64,000 nt of DNA from an uncultured Actinomycetes bacterium (lineage in GTDB: Bacteria; Actinomycetota; Thermoleophilia; Gaiellales; JALYLC01). The notes beneath the pieces were generated by a model. The model was not told the DNA's origin. It did no database searches and saw nothing but the letters and a program-made list of their open reading frames with translations. Position 1 is the stretch's first letter. Each line of letters starts with the position of its first letter. The position numbers and the translations under genes are program-made. The stretch lies in the NCBI GenBank assembly GCA_963743275.1, contig CAVUPB010000009.1:156189-220188 (forward strand). The letters are read 5' to 3'. Shown piece after piece: positions 25,209 to 33,471 of this stretch.

Positions 25209-28200
25209 ATGAGCGCGCCCGGGCGCAGCTTCAAGCGCACGCTCGTCGGCCGCCGCATGCCGATGGGCAGCCTCGAGGACGAGCTGCTCCCGCGCTGGGT
25301 CGCGCTCCCGATCTTCGCCTCGGACCCGCTCTCGTCGGTGGCCTACGCGACCGAGGCGGGACTCGTCGTGCTCGTCGCCACCTCGCTGACCTCCCGCGGC
25401 CTGATCGTGCCGATCTCGGCGGTCATCGCGGCGTTGCTGGTGATCGTCGTCCTCTCGTATCGCCAGACGATCTTCGCCTACCCCAACGGGGGCGGCTCGT
25501 ACGTCGTCGCGAAGGAGAACCTCGGCCAGACCGCGGGGCTCGTGGCTGCGGCGTCGCTGCTCACGGACTACGTCCTGACGGCTGCCGTGTCGATCGCGTC
25601 GGGCGTGCTCGCGGTCACCTCGGCGGTTCCCGAGCTCTCGTCGCATGCCGTCGAGCTGAGCCTCGGCGTGCTCGTCGTGCTGGTGCTCGTCAACCTCCGC
25701 GGCGTGCGCGAGTCGGGCTTCGTGTTCGCGCTGCCCACGTACGGCTTCATCATCGCGATCGGCGCCACGATCGCGGTCGGCTTCGTGCGCGGGATGGTCA
25801 GCGGCTGGCCCACTGCGCACGTCCCCGACCCGGCCCAGGCCGGCCTGGCAGGCGGCGTCGGCCTCGTCGTGCTCCTGCGCGCGTTCGCGTCGGGCTGCAG
25901 CGCCCTGACGGGCGTCGAGGCGATCTCGAACGGCGTGACCGCGTTCCGCCGGCCGCAGGCGCGGAACGCCGCGAGCACGCTGATGTCGATGGGCGTGATC
26001 GCCGTCGTGCTGTTCCTCGGCGTCTCGGTCCTGGCCTGGAAGATCGACGCGCGGCCGAGCGGGTCGGTCTCGGTGCTCTCGGAGATCGCTCGCGCCGTGT
26101 TCCCGCCCGGGGGGTCGTCGTTCGGCTACTACGCCGTGCAGGCGACGACGGCCGCGGTGCTCGCGCTCGCCGCCAACACGGCGTTCCAGGGCTTCCCGCG
26201 CCTCGCCGCCCTGCTCGCGAGCGACAGCTTCCTGCCCCGGCAGTTCTCGAACCTCGGCGACCGCCTCGTCTACTCCAACGGCATCCTCGTGCTGGCCCTG
26301 GCGGCCGGCGCGCTCATTGTCGGGTTCCACGCCGACGTGCTCAGCCTGATCCACCTCTACCTGCTGGGCGTGTTCACGGCGTTCACGCTCTCGCAGTTCG
26401 GCATGGTGCGGCACAACTGGAACCGCCGCGCATCCGTCGTCTCGGCGCGTTCGCTCGTCTATCCGATCGCGCTCAACGCCACCGGCGGCCTCCTCACCGG
26501 CCTCGTCGGTGCGGTCGTGATCGCGACGAAGTTCGGCGAGGGCGCGTGGATGGTGATGATCGCGATCCCGACGCTCGTGCTCGGGTTCGTCGTCGTCGGC
26601 CGGCACTACGCCGACGTGCGCACGCGCCTGCGCGACCCGGGGGGCGCCTACGCCGCGGTGCGCGGGCCGGTGGTGCTGTACGTCAGCGCACTCGACGATG
26701 CGACCGCAGCGGCGCTCCGTTACGTGCGCTCGATCGCGGGCGACCGCTACCAGGCGATCCACGTCGCCGATCCCGCGGGCGTGACCGGCATCGCCGAGGC
26801 CTGGCGCGGGTTCAGCGGTGACGGGCCTCCGCTCCTGTCCCTGCCGCGCGAGCGCACGGTCTCGGGCACGGTCGCGCGCCACGTGCGGGAGCTCGAGCAC
26901 GGCCCCGGCGAGGTCACCACGCTGGTCGTGCCGGAGCTGTTCAAGCGCAGGTCGCTGCTCGCGATCGTGCGCGGCCGGACGACGCTCGCCCTGCGTCTGC
27001 GGCTGCAGGGCGAGGAGGACGTCGTGCTCGCCGATGTCCCCGTCGTGGCCGGCTCCACGGGCGTTCCGCGCCCGCGCTCGGGCGAGGGGCGCACCAGCGT
27101 CCTCCTGCCCATCGCCGAGCTCAGCGCCGCATCGCGCCACGCGCTCGGATACGCGCTCGGCCTCGGGAGCGAGCATGTCCTCGGCCTGCACGTCGAGCTC
27201 GGCGCCGACGACGTGTCGCAGACCCGCGCGGCCTGGGCCGCGCGGGCCCTGCCGATCCCGGTCAAGGTCGTGCCGTCGCCCTATCGCGACCTCGGGCAGC
27301 CGCTGCTCGCCGAGATCCGCGCGATCACCGCCGACCCCGACGCGGTCTGCGTGGTCGTCATGCCCGAGATCATCAGCCCGCACCGCTGGCAGCGGATCCT
27401 GCACAACCAGCGGGCGCTGTTCATCAAGCGGCTGCTCCTGTTCGAGGAGCGTGTCGTATTGACGAGCGTGCCCTATCGCCTCCCGGAGGCGGGCGAGGTT
27501 GCGCCCGCGACCCCGGACACGGCGGGCGCACTCGAGCGCGCGCGGGAGTTCGCCGTCCCGAGCGCGCCGCTGCGGTCTCCGGGCATTGCGGTCGAGCGCG
27601 CGGCTCGTGCGCCCGCTGCCCCCGAGCCGCGGATGTCGACCGAGGCGATCTGGCGCGCGTTCGAGGGCTTCGCGGGCTCGCTGGCGCTGCTGGCGGTCAC
27701 GCTCGTCGGTCTGCTGCTGCTGCGCGACCACCTGAGCGCCGAGACGGTTGCGCTCGTCATGCTCCTGCCCCCGCTCGTCGCGGCGCTCTCGGGCCGCGCG
27801 CTCGCGCTCGTGATGGCGGCCTTCGGCGCGCTGCTCTTCAACTTCTTCTTCCTGAAGCCGTACTACTCGCTCTCGATCGAGAGCAGCGACAGCATCGGCG
27901 CCTTTCTCGCGTACGCGTCGGTGGCGATGCTCGTCGCGATCGTCGCGGGGCGCCTGCGGCAGGCGCGGGCCGATGCCGACCGGCGCATCCGCCAGGAGCA
28001 GGTGCTGCACGACGTCGCGCTCGCCCTGCTCGCGGGTGAGACGCGCGAGGATGTCCTGCGCGCGCACCTGCAGCGCCTGGCGGATGCGCTCGGCGTGAGC
28101 GCGGCCGCGACCGTCGACGGCACGCGTGCGATCGTCGCCGGCGATGCCGCGCCGGCCCTGCTGCGCGCCGAGCTGCAGGGCGTCCGCTACCACGGTGCGG

Positions 28201-28373
28201 CGTTCGGCGAGCGCGGGCGCATCGTCATCGACGGCGGGCTGCGTCTCGGCCGCGCGCAGATCCAGGTGGCCGACACGCTCGCCCGCCTGCTCGACGCCGG
28301 GCGCGCCGGTTGCGGGACATCCGCGGACGGCGGCGCTCAGGTGTCGTCGACGCGCACCTCGTCGGACCCCTGA
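25209..28373 (+). CDS. KimA-type (APC-fold) K+ importer with two tandem cytoplasmic domains fused to DUF4118 membrane module + GAF-position domain (no kinase)
   Basis: One frame of 1054 aa. Motifs DPLSSVAYATE, YPNGGGSYVVAKENLG, FASGCSALTGVEAISNG and ISPHRWQRILHNQRALF match remembered B. subtilis KimA. From ATG 27633, helices ...FGALLFNFFFLKPYYSLSIESSDSIGAFLAYASVAMLVAIVAG align to the DUF4118 of both kinases here. Confidence 0.8.
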   Translation: MSAPGRSFKRTLVGRRMPMGSLEDELLPRWVALPIFASDPLSSVAYATEAGLVVLVATSLTSRGLIVPISAVIAALLVIVVLSYRQTIFAYPNGGGSYVVAKENLGQTAGLVAAASLLTDYVLTAAVSIASGVLAVTSAVPELSSHAVELSLGVLVVLVLVNLRGVRESGFVFALPTYGFIIAIGATIAVGFVRGMVSGWPTAHVPDPAQAGLAGGVGLVVLLRAFASGCSALTGVEAISNGVTAFRRPQARNAASTLMSMGVIAVVLFLGVSVLAWKIDARPSGSVSVLSEIARAVFPPGGSSFGYYAVQATTAAVLALAANTAFQGFPRLAALLASDSFLPRQFSNLGDRLVYSNGILVLALAAGALIVGFHADVLSLIHLYLLGVFTAFTLSQFGMVRHNWNRRASVVSARSLVYPIALNATGGLLTGLVGAVVIATKFGEGAWMVMIAIPTLVLGFVVVGRHYADVRTRLRDPGGAYAAVRGPVVLYVSALDDATAAALRYVRSIAGDRYQAIHVADPAGVTGIAEAWRGFSGDGPPLLSLPRERTVSGTVARHVRELEHGPGEVTTLVVPELFKRRSLLAIVRGRTTLALRLRLQGEEDVVLADVPVVAGSTGVPRPRSGEGRTSVLLPIAELSAASRHALGYALGLGSEHVLGLHVELGADDVSQTRAAWAARALPIPVKVVPSPYRDLGQPLLAEIRAITADPDAVCVVVMPEIISPHRWQRILHNQRALFIKRLLLFEERVVLTSVPYRLPEAGEVAPATPDTAGALERAREFAVPSAPLRSPGIAVERAARAPAAPEPRMSTEAIWRAFEGFAGSLALLAVTLVGLLLLRDHLSAETVALVMLLPPLVAALSGRALALVMAAFGALLFNFFFLKPYYSLSIESSDSIGAFLAYASVAMLVAIVAGRLRQARADADRRIRQEQVLHDVALALLAGETREDVLRAHLQRLADALGVSAAATVDGTRAIVAGDAAPALLRAELQGVRYHGAAFGERGRIVIDGGLRLGRAQIQVADTLARLLDAGRAGCGTSADGGAQVSSTRTSSDP

Positions 28374-28816
28374 GGACGCGCCAAGCCGGCTTCGATGCGG
28401 CCGAGCGCGAGGCGCGCGGCGGCCAGCTCGCGCGCCAGGAAGTCGGTCTCGGCGCGCATCTCGGCGGCCATGCGCCGGTCCTCCTCGTACTGCCGGCGGT
28501 CGCGGAAGGCCTGGCGGTTCTGGGCCAGGAGGATGAGCGGCGCGGCGTATGCGGCCTGGGTCGAGAACGCGAGGTTGAGCAGGATGAACGGGTAGGGATC
28601 CCAGCGGCCGGCCGCCCAGACCGCGTTGACGCCGATCCAGGCGATCACGAGCGCGGTCTGGATCACGAGGTAGCGCGCCGTGCCGAAATAGCGCGCGATG
28701 CCCTCGGACACGCGCCCGAACGCCTCGGGGTCGTAGTGGGGCGCGACCGCCAGCGACCGCCTCGGCTGATCGAGGCGGCGGTTGCCGGCGACGTGCCAGG
28801 TCACGCGCTTGCGCAT
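28337..28816 (-). CDS. DUF1003 family membrane protein
   Basis: PYPFILLNLAFSTQAAYAAPLILLAQNRQ core motif and a C-terminal coiled-coil-like tail. GAAAGGAG RBS. The 3' end overlaps the convergent KimA-fusion gene by 37 nt. Confidence 0.85.
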   Translation of the reverse strand: MRKRVTWHVAGNRRLDQPRRSLAVAPHYDPEAFGRVSEGIARYFGTARYLVIQTALVIAWIGVNAVWAAGRWDPYPFILLNLAFSTQAAYAAPLILLAQNRQAFRDRRQYEEDRRMAAEMRAETDFLARELAAARLALGRIEAGLARPQGSDEVRVDDT

Positions 28817-28911
28817 CGCCGGCTCCTTTCGTGTGCGACTTCCCGGCCAGTGGTAGCCCGGCCTGGGCGCCGCGTCCTCCTACGATCGGACGATGCGGCG
28901 GTCGGAGCGCG

Positions 28912-29595
28912 CTAGCCGGGATCGCCGCCCGGCACTCCCGTCGCCAGCAGGAACCGGATCCGGGTCAGCTCCTGGACGAGGGCATCGGCGGGGCCGTCGT
29001 ACAGCATCGAGCTGTACCCGCCGCAGACGAGCCGGTCGAGCAGGGCGACGCCGCGCACGGGCGTCCGCACGTCGCGGACGAGTTGCGCGACCTCGCGCGT
29101 CGCCTCGGCGCACGCGAGCAGGTTACGAACGCCGGGCGGCGGTCGTGTCGAGATCCAGAGCTCGGGCCAGTGCTCGGCGGCGAGCAGGGCGCGCTCGAGC
29201 GTGTGGGCGAGGCGCTTGCGGTGTGCCGGCCGGGCCAGTCGCTCCCGCTCGGCGGCGATCTCCGCGACGCGGAGCCCGCCGTCGCCGTCGGCGATGACGT
29301 CGCGTGCGCGCTCGTGCAGGCAGGAGGCCGCGCGGGCGAACCCGCACGCGAGGGCGAGCTCGACGACGAACGCGGCCGATGCCGCCGTGACGGCCTCTCC
29401 ACCGCGTCCGACGGCGGCGATCAGGACGATCGCGAGCAGGGCGCTCGTGACCGTGAGCTGCCCGCCGAGAAGTGAGCGCGTGCGTGCCGCGCGCGCCACC
29501 GGGTGGGCCGGACCGAGCGCCGCGGCAGCGGGCGGGTACGCCGCCCGCCCGGCCGCCGCGCGCACCTGGCGGCGATGGACGTGCGGGATCGCCAC
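28912..29595 (-). CDS. Membrane-anchored hypothetical protein, family B copy 1 (2 TM + cytoplasmic domain related to family A)
   Basis: GTG 29595 lies 1 nt after the permease stop. TM helices LTVTSALLAIVLIAAVG and AFVVELALACGFA. C-terminus ...RGVALLDRLVCGGYSSMLYDGPADALVQELTRIRF. Paralogue at 44751-45396. Confidence 0.65.
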   Translation of the reverse strand: MAIPHVHRRQVRAAAGRAAYPPAAAALGPAHPVARAARTRSLLGGQLTVTSALLAIVLIAAVGRGGEAVTAASAAFVVELALACGFARAASCLHERARDVIADGDGGLRVAEIAAERERLARPAHRKRLAHTLERALLAAEHWPELWISTRPPPGVRNLLACAEATREVAQLVRDVRTPVRGVALLDRLVCGGYSSMLYDGPADALVQELTRIRFLLATGVPGGDPG

Positions 29596-29596
29596 G

Positions 29597-30964
29597 TCAG
29601 GCGTCCGCCTCTGCGAGCCGCTCGACCTCCTCGATGCCGGCCGGCCGCCCGGCGCGAACCCAGAGCCGTTGGAGCGCCGCCGCGATGACGAGCATGGCGA
29701 CGAGCGAGAGCAGCGGGTAGCCGCGCGCGAGGTTGACGGCCAGCGTGAAGGCCACGGCCGCCGCGCCGAGCAGGTTGACGGCCGCGAGCACGTGCCGGCC
29801 CTCGCGGCGCGAGAACCGCGCAATCGCGGCCAGGCCGGCGAGGAAGCTCACGAACACCGCGACGGCGTAGAACAGGACGAGCTCCTGCTCGAGGCCGCCC
29901 GCGGCCAGGAGCACCGCGGCGGAGACGGCGAGATAGACGCAGACCGACCAGTAGGGCGTGTGATGGCGGTTGGTATGGCCGAGCGCGCGCGGCAGGATGC
30001 CCACGCCCGCGCTCTCGGCGTGGCGCGAGAGCGCCTTGAGCAGGCCCGGGCCCGCCTGGAACGACGAGCTGGCAGCCGCCAGCAGCAGCATCGAGCTGGC
30101 ACCCTGGAAGAGCGCGAAGACGAGTCCGTCGCCGGTGGCGGCGCGCGCGACGTCGGCGATCTGCGTCGAGTCGGCCGAGGGGATGCCGACGTGCAGCCGC
30201 ACGGCGAGCGCTGCGATCCCGATCGTGAGCGCGGCGACGATGACGAACGTCAGCACGAGCGTGCCGCGCGCGAAGCGACGGCGGTCGTCGGCCCCGAGCT
30301 GCCCGAGCTGCCCGATGGCCGTCGCCGGCGCTTCGGTACCCGTTGCCAGGGCCATGGCCACGGGGAACGAGAGCAGCACGGCCAGCGCGGCGGGCCCGGT
30401 ATCGCCGGTCACCCGCGCGTGTCCGCCTCCGCCGGCGGCGTGGACGTAGCCGTGGACGAGCACGACGATCGCGATCGCCACGAACAGCAGGGTCATGGCC
30501 GCGAACACGAGCCGGCCGCCGTGCCCGAACCAGGTCAGCCCCGCCACGAATGCGAGCAGGCCGAGGCCGAGCAGCAGGCGCAGCGGTGCGAGACCCGGGA
30601 GGTAGGCGATCAGTGCGCTCACGGCCGCTGCGATCGAGATCGTGATCGTGAGCACGAAATCGACGATCAGCGCGCCGATCGGCACGAACACCCAGCCGGT
30701 GCCGAAGGCGCGCGCCGCGGCCTCGGGCGAGCCCCCGCCGAGCGGAAAACGCGCAACGAGGTGCCAGTAGTTGACGTCCACGAGCGCGATCACGCCGAGC
30801 ACGAGCAACTGGGTCGGCAGGAGCAGGCCCAGATGCCCGTCGAGCGCGCGCAGCGATGCCTCGATCGTGTAGGCGACGGACGACACCGGGTCGGCCATGA
30901 CCGCGAACGCGAAGCCGACGAAGAGCAGCGCGCGGAACGCGCGCCGGTGGGCCGCGCGCGGCAT
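29597..30964 (-). CDS. APC-superfamily permease, KimA-core-like (no cytoplasmic domain)
   Basis: ADPVSSVAYTIEA motif and ~12 TM helices. Start ATG 30964 is preferred by homology of its upstream region to the DUF2254 leader. Alternative ATG 30991. Track start 31123 is unlikely. Confidence 0.8.
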   Translation of the reverse strand: MPRAAHRRAFRALLFVGFAFAVMADPVSSVAYTIEASLRALDGHLGLLLPTQLLVLGVIALVDVNYWHLVARFPLGGGSPEAAARAFGTGWVFVPIGALIVDFVLTITISIAAAVSALIAYLPGLAPLRLLLGLGLLAFVAGLTWFGHGGRLVFAAMTLLFVAIAIVVLVHGYVHAAGGGGHARVTGDTGPAALAVLLSFPVAMALATGTEAPATAIGQLGQLGADDRRRFARGTLVLTFVIVAALTIGIAALAVRLHVGIPSADSTQIADVARAATGDGLVFALFQGASSMLLLAAASSSFQAGPGLLKALSRHAESAGVGILPRALGHTNRHHTPYWSVCVYLAVSAAVLLAAGGLEQELVLFYAVAVFVSFLAGLAAIARFSRREGRHVLAAVNLLGAAAVAFTLAVNLARGYPLLSLVAMLVIAAALQRLWVRAGRPAGIEEVERLAEADA

Positions 30965-31079
30965 GGTCGAGGTGATCGGGGAGGAGTCCATCGGCAGGCG
31001 TTCGCGCTTGCCGACCAGGCTTCCCGGCGCACCTGCCCGGCCCCGGCACTCGCCGTGGGCAGACGAGATGAGCGTACCA
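30965..31079 (-). promoter_or_regulatory. Conserved promoter/5'-leader module, copy 2 (upstream of APC permease)
   Basis: See 16801-16904. The 24-mer is at 31010-31033, GGTGATCGGGG at 30971-30981 and TCGGCAGGC at 30991-30999. The reverse complement of 31071-31079 gives TGGTACGCT (extended -10-like). Confidence 0.5.
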
Positions 31080-31145
31080 GGACGTCGCGAGAGGTGCCCA
31101 AGGCGAGACCGTGTGTATGCCAAAGCGTCTCGAAAGCGCCCCGGC

Positions 31146-31151
31146 TAGCCT
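31146..31151 (+). promoter_or_regulatory. Candidate -10 hexamer TAGCCT, 6 nt before ATG 31158 (leaderless geometry)
   Basis: TAnnnT with no SD. Confidence 0.35.
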
Positions 31152-31157
31152 GCTGCG

Positions 31158-32000
31158 ATGCCTTCGTTCCTCGCTCCGCGCGGCCCGGCCGTGCGCGCCA
31201 ACACGCAGCGCAACGCGCGTGCGACAGCCGAGCGCCTCGCGCGCTGGCAACCGGCGCGCGACGCGCTCTGGGCCGTGCTCGAGCGCCGTCTCGTCCCGGG
31301 CGGGCGCGTGGCCGTCGTCGGTGCCGGCAACGGCCACGACGTGCCGCTGCAGCGCCTCGCCGAGCACTCGCTGCGCGTCGACCTGATCGACGTCGACGCG
31401 CGCGCGGCGCGGGGCGCGCGGGGGCGGCTGCCCGGCGAGCTGCGCCGCCGTGTGCACGTCGTGCGCCAGGACGCCACGGAGGGCCTCGCCGACGACCTCG
31501 TGCGCGCGGCCGCGCGCGGCGACCTGCCCGCCGCGCGCGAGGCCGAGCCGGCGGCGCTCGGCACCGGCGCGTACGACCTCGTGATCGGCGACCTGCTCTA
31601 CAGCCAGCTGCTGTACCCCGCGCTGCGCGACACCACGCTGCCGCGCGAGCGCATCGGCGTCGTGCTGGCGCGCGTCGACCGCCCGCTCGTGGCCTCCGTC
31701 GTGCGTCGCCTGCACGCCAGCGCGGCGCCGGGGCAGGCGGTCGTGCACGTCCACGACCCGCTCGGCTGGTGGGACGGCCACGTGCAGCCGGTGACGCTCG
31801 ACGAGATCCTCGCGGCGGCGGCGACCGACGTCGATGCGGCCCTCGCGCTGATCGCGAAGGGGCACGGGCCGAGTGCCTGCGACCCGCGCGCGATCGCCGT
31901 CGAGGCGGGCATCGAGCCGCTCGAGACCACCTTCTGGCGCTGGCCGTTCCAGGAGGGCGTCGACTACCTCGCCTGCGCAACGGTCGTGCGTCCGGGCTAG
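31158..32000 (+). CDS. Hypothetical protein, class I SAM-methyltransferase-like Rossmann motif
   Basis: 280 aa. GGRVAVVGAGNGHDVPL followed by an acidic strand end (LIDVD). Good GC3. Family not firmly recognised. Confidence 0.55.
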   Translation: MPSFLAPRGPAVRANTQRNARATAERLARWQPARDALWAVLERRLVPGGRVAVVGAGNGHDVPLQRLAEHSLRVDLIDVDARAARGARGRLPGELRRRVHVVRQDATEGLADDLVRAAARGDLPAAREAEPAALGTGAYDLVIGDLLYSQLLYPALRDTTLPRERIGVVLARVDRPLVASVVRRLHASAAPGQAVVHVHDPLGWWDGHVQPVTLDEILAAAATDVDAALALIAKGHGPSACDPRAIAVEAGIEPLETTFWRWPFQEGVDYLACATVVRPG

Positions 32001-32010
32001 CCTCCCGCCA

Positions 32011-32631
32011 ATGGACGAGCTCGAGCAGTACCTGTCGGAGCGCTACTGGACGGAGGACGATCTCCTGCGCGAGGTGCGCGCGGACATCGCCGAGCGCGGT
32101 CCCCAGATCCAGGTCAGCGCCGAGGCCGGGCGCCTGCTCGCTCTGCTCGTGCGAGCGGCAGGCGCGACGCGTGTGCTCGAGGTCGGGACGCTCTTCGGCT
32201 ACAGCGGCATCTGGATGGCGCGCGAGCTCCCGGCGGGCGGGCGGCTCGACACGATCGAGATCGAGAAGCTGCACGCCGATGCTGCCGAGCACTGGTTCGA
32301 GCGGGCGGGCCTGGCCGACCGCGTGACGGTGCACCGCGGCGCCGGCGCGGAGGTGCTCGCGACGCTCACCGGCCCCTACGACGTCGCATTCATCGACGCC
32401 GACAAGGCCGGCTACCCGGCCTACGTGCGCCGCTCGCTCGAGCTGCTCCGGCCGGGCGGCATCGTGATCGCCGACAACGCGATCCGCCGCGGCGGCATCG
32501 TGCGCGCCGGCGTCGACGCCGACATGGACGGCATCCGCGCGATGCACGATCTCCTGGCGGCGGACCGCTCGCTCGTCGCGACTGCGGTGCCGGTCGGCGA
32601 CGGGCTCGCGATCGCCGTGAAGGGGAGCTGA
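32011..32631 (+). CDS. Class I O-methyltransferase (caffeoyl-CoA O-MT/YrrM family)
   Basis: VLEVGTLFGYSGIWMA, DVAFIDADKAGYPAY and GGIVIADNA motifs. Confidence 0.85.
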   Translation: MDELEQYLSERYWTEDDLLREVRADIAERGPQIQVSAEAGRLLALLVRAAGATRVLEVGTLFGYSGIWMARELPAGGRLDTIEIEKLHADAAEHWFERAGLADRVTVHRGAGAEVLATLTGPYDVAFIDADKAGYPAYVRRSLELLRPGGIVIADNAIRRGGIVRAGVDADMDGIRAMHDLLAADRSLVATAVPVGDGLAIAVKGS

Positions 32632-32637
32632 GCCGCC

Positions 32638-33471
32638 GTGACGACGTACCGCCCCTCGCCCCGCCCGACGTTCGCCGGCCCGGCCGCGATCCCGTACGCG
32701 AGCGTCACGCGGCACATCTGGGGCGATCCCGAGGCCGGCGAGGTCGCCGACTGGATCTACGCCTCGACCGAGTGCGTGCACGCGCTCGTGTTCGGCCTCG
32801 CCCCGGGGGCGTGGTTCCGGCACTCGCCCGAGTTCCGCACCATCTTCGGCGCCGACGAGCTGCTCTACGTCCTGCGCGGGACGATGGTGCTGGCCAACCC
32901 CGAGACCGGCGAGGTCCTGCGCGTGCCGCGCGGCGGCACCGCGTTCTTCCGCGCCGACACCTGGCATCACGTGCACGCGCACGGCAACGAGGAGCTGCGC
33001 GTGCTCGAGCTCTACGCGCCCCCGCCGGCGAAGGGCTCGTCGGGCGCGCACGCGCGCACACGGCCCTACCTCGAGCCCGCCGACTGGCGCTACGGCGACG
33101 ACTCGCTGCTCGGCCGCCTGCCCGGAGCCGAGCCCGCGCGGCGCACGCTCGTCGAGCCCGCGATCACGTGGCGGCGCTCGCTGGGCGTGCTGGAGGGCAT
33201 CTACGCGAGCACCGAGCACCTCACCGCGGGCGTGCTCGAGCTGAATCCCGGCGAGATCTCCACAGCGCACGCCCACGGCGGCGACGAGGTCGTCTACTGC
33301 CTCGAGGGCGTCCTGCACGTGCGCGCCCTGGGCGCCGACGCCAACAGCGTCTTCGAGCTCGGCCCCGACGACGCGGCCTACATCCCGCAGGGCGTCGCGC
33401 ACGAGTACCGCAGCTACGGCTCCGCTCCCGTACGCGCGCTCTTCGGCGTCGCGCCGTCCTACCTGCCGTGA
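32638..33471 (+). CDS. Bicupin domain protein
   Basis: Two cupin cores: ELLYVLRGTMVL...GGTAFFRADTWHHVH and HAHGGDEVVYCLEGVLHV...AAYIPQGVAHEY. Confidence 0.75.
   Translation: MTTYRPSPRPTFAGPAAIPYASVTRHIWGDPEAGEVADWIYASTECVHALVFGLAPGAWFRHSPEFRTIFGADELLYVLRGTMVLANPETGEVLRVPRGGTAFFRADTWHHVHAHGNEELRVLELYAPPPAKGSSGAHARTRPYLEPADWRYGDDSLLGRLPGAEPARRTLVEPAITWRRSLGVLEGIYASTEHLTAGVLELNPGEISTAHAHGGDEVVYCLEGVLHVRALGADANSVFELGPDDAAYIPQGVAHEYRSYGSAPVRALFGVAPSYLP

Noticed and set aside
24783-28193. 1136-aa ORF on the minus strand (the largest ORF in the track)
   Set aside because: It is antisense to the KdpD-N/USP and KimA-fusion genes. The product is a low-complexity Arg/Asp/Glu/Ala-rich string without motifs. 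The + strand frame carries the recognisable domains and the G/C-rich third positions.
28838-28846. Third copy of the shared-leader motif (CTTCCCGGC) upstream of DUF1003
   Set aside because: Only a 9-mer is shared. By a rough composition-based estimate, a G/C-rich 9-mer is expected to occur by chance a couple of times in 64 kb, and the flanking blocks are not conserved.
29201-33402. 1041-aa (+, 29201-32326) and 870-aa (-, 30790-33402) ORFs
   Set aside because: Both are alternate-frame or antisense shadows of the APC permease, methyltransferase and cupin genes. Low-complexity composition, no family motifs.
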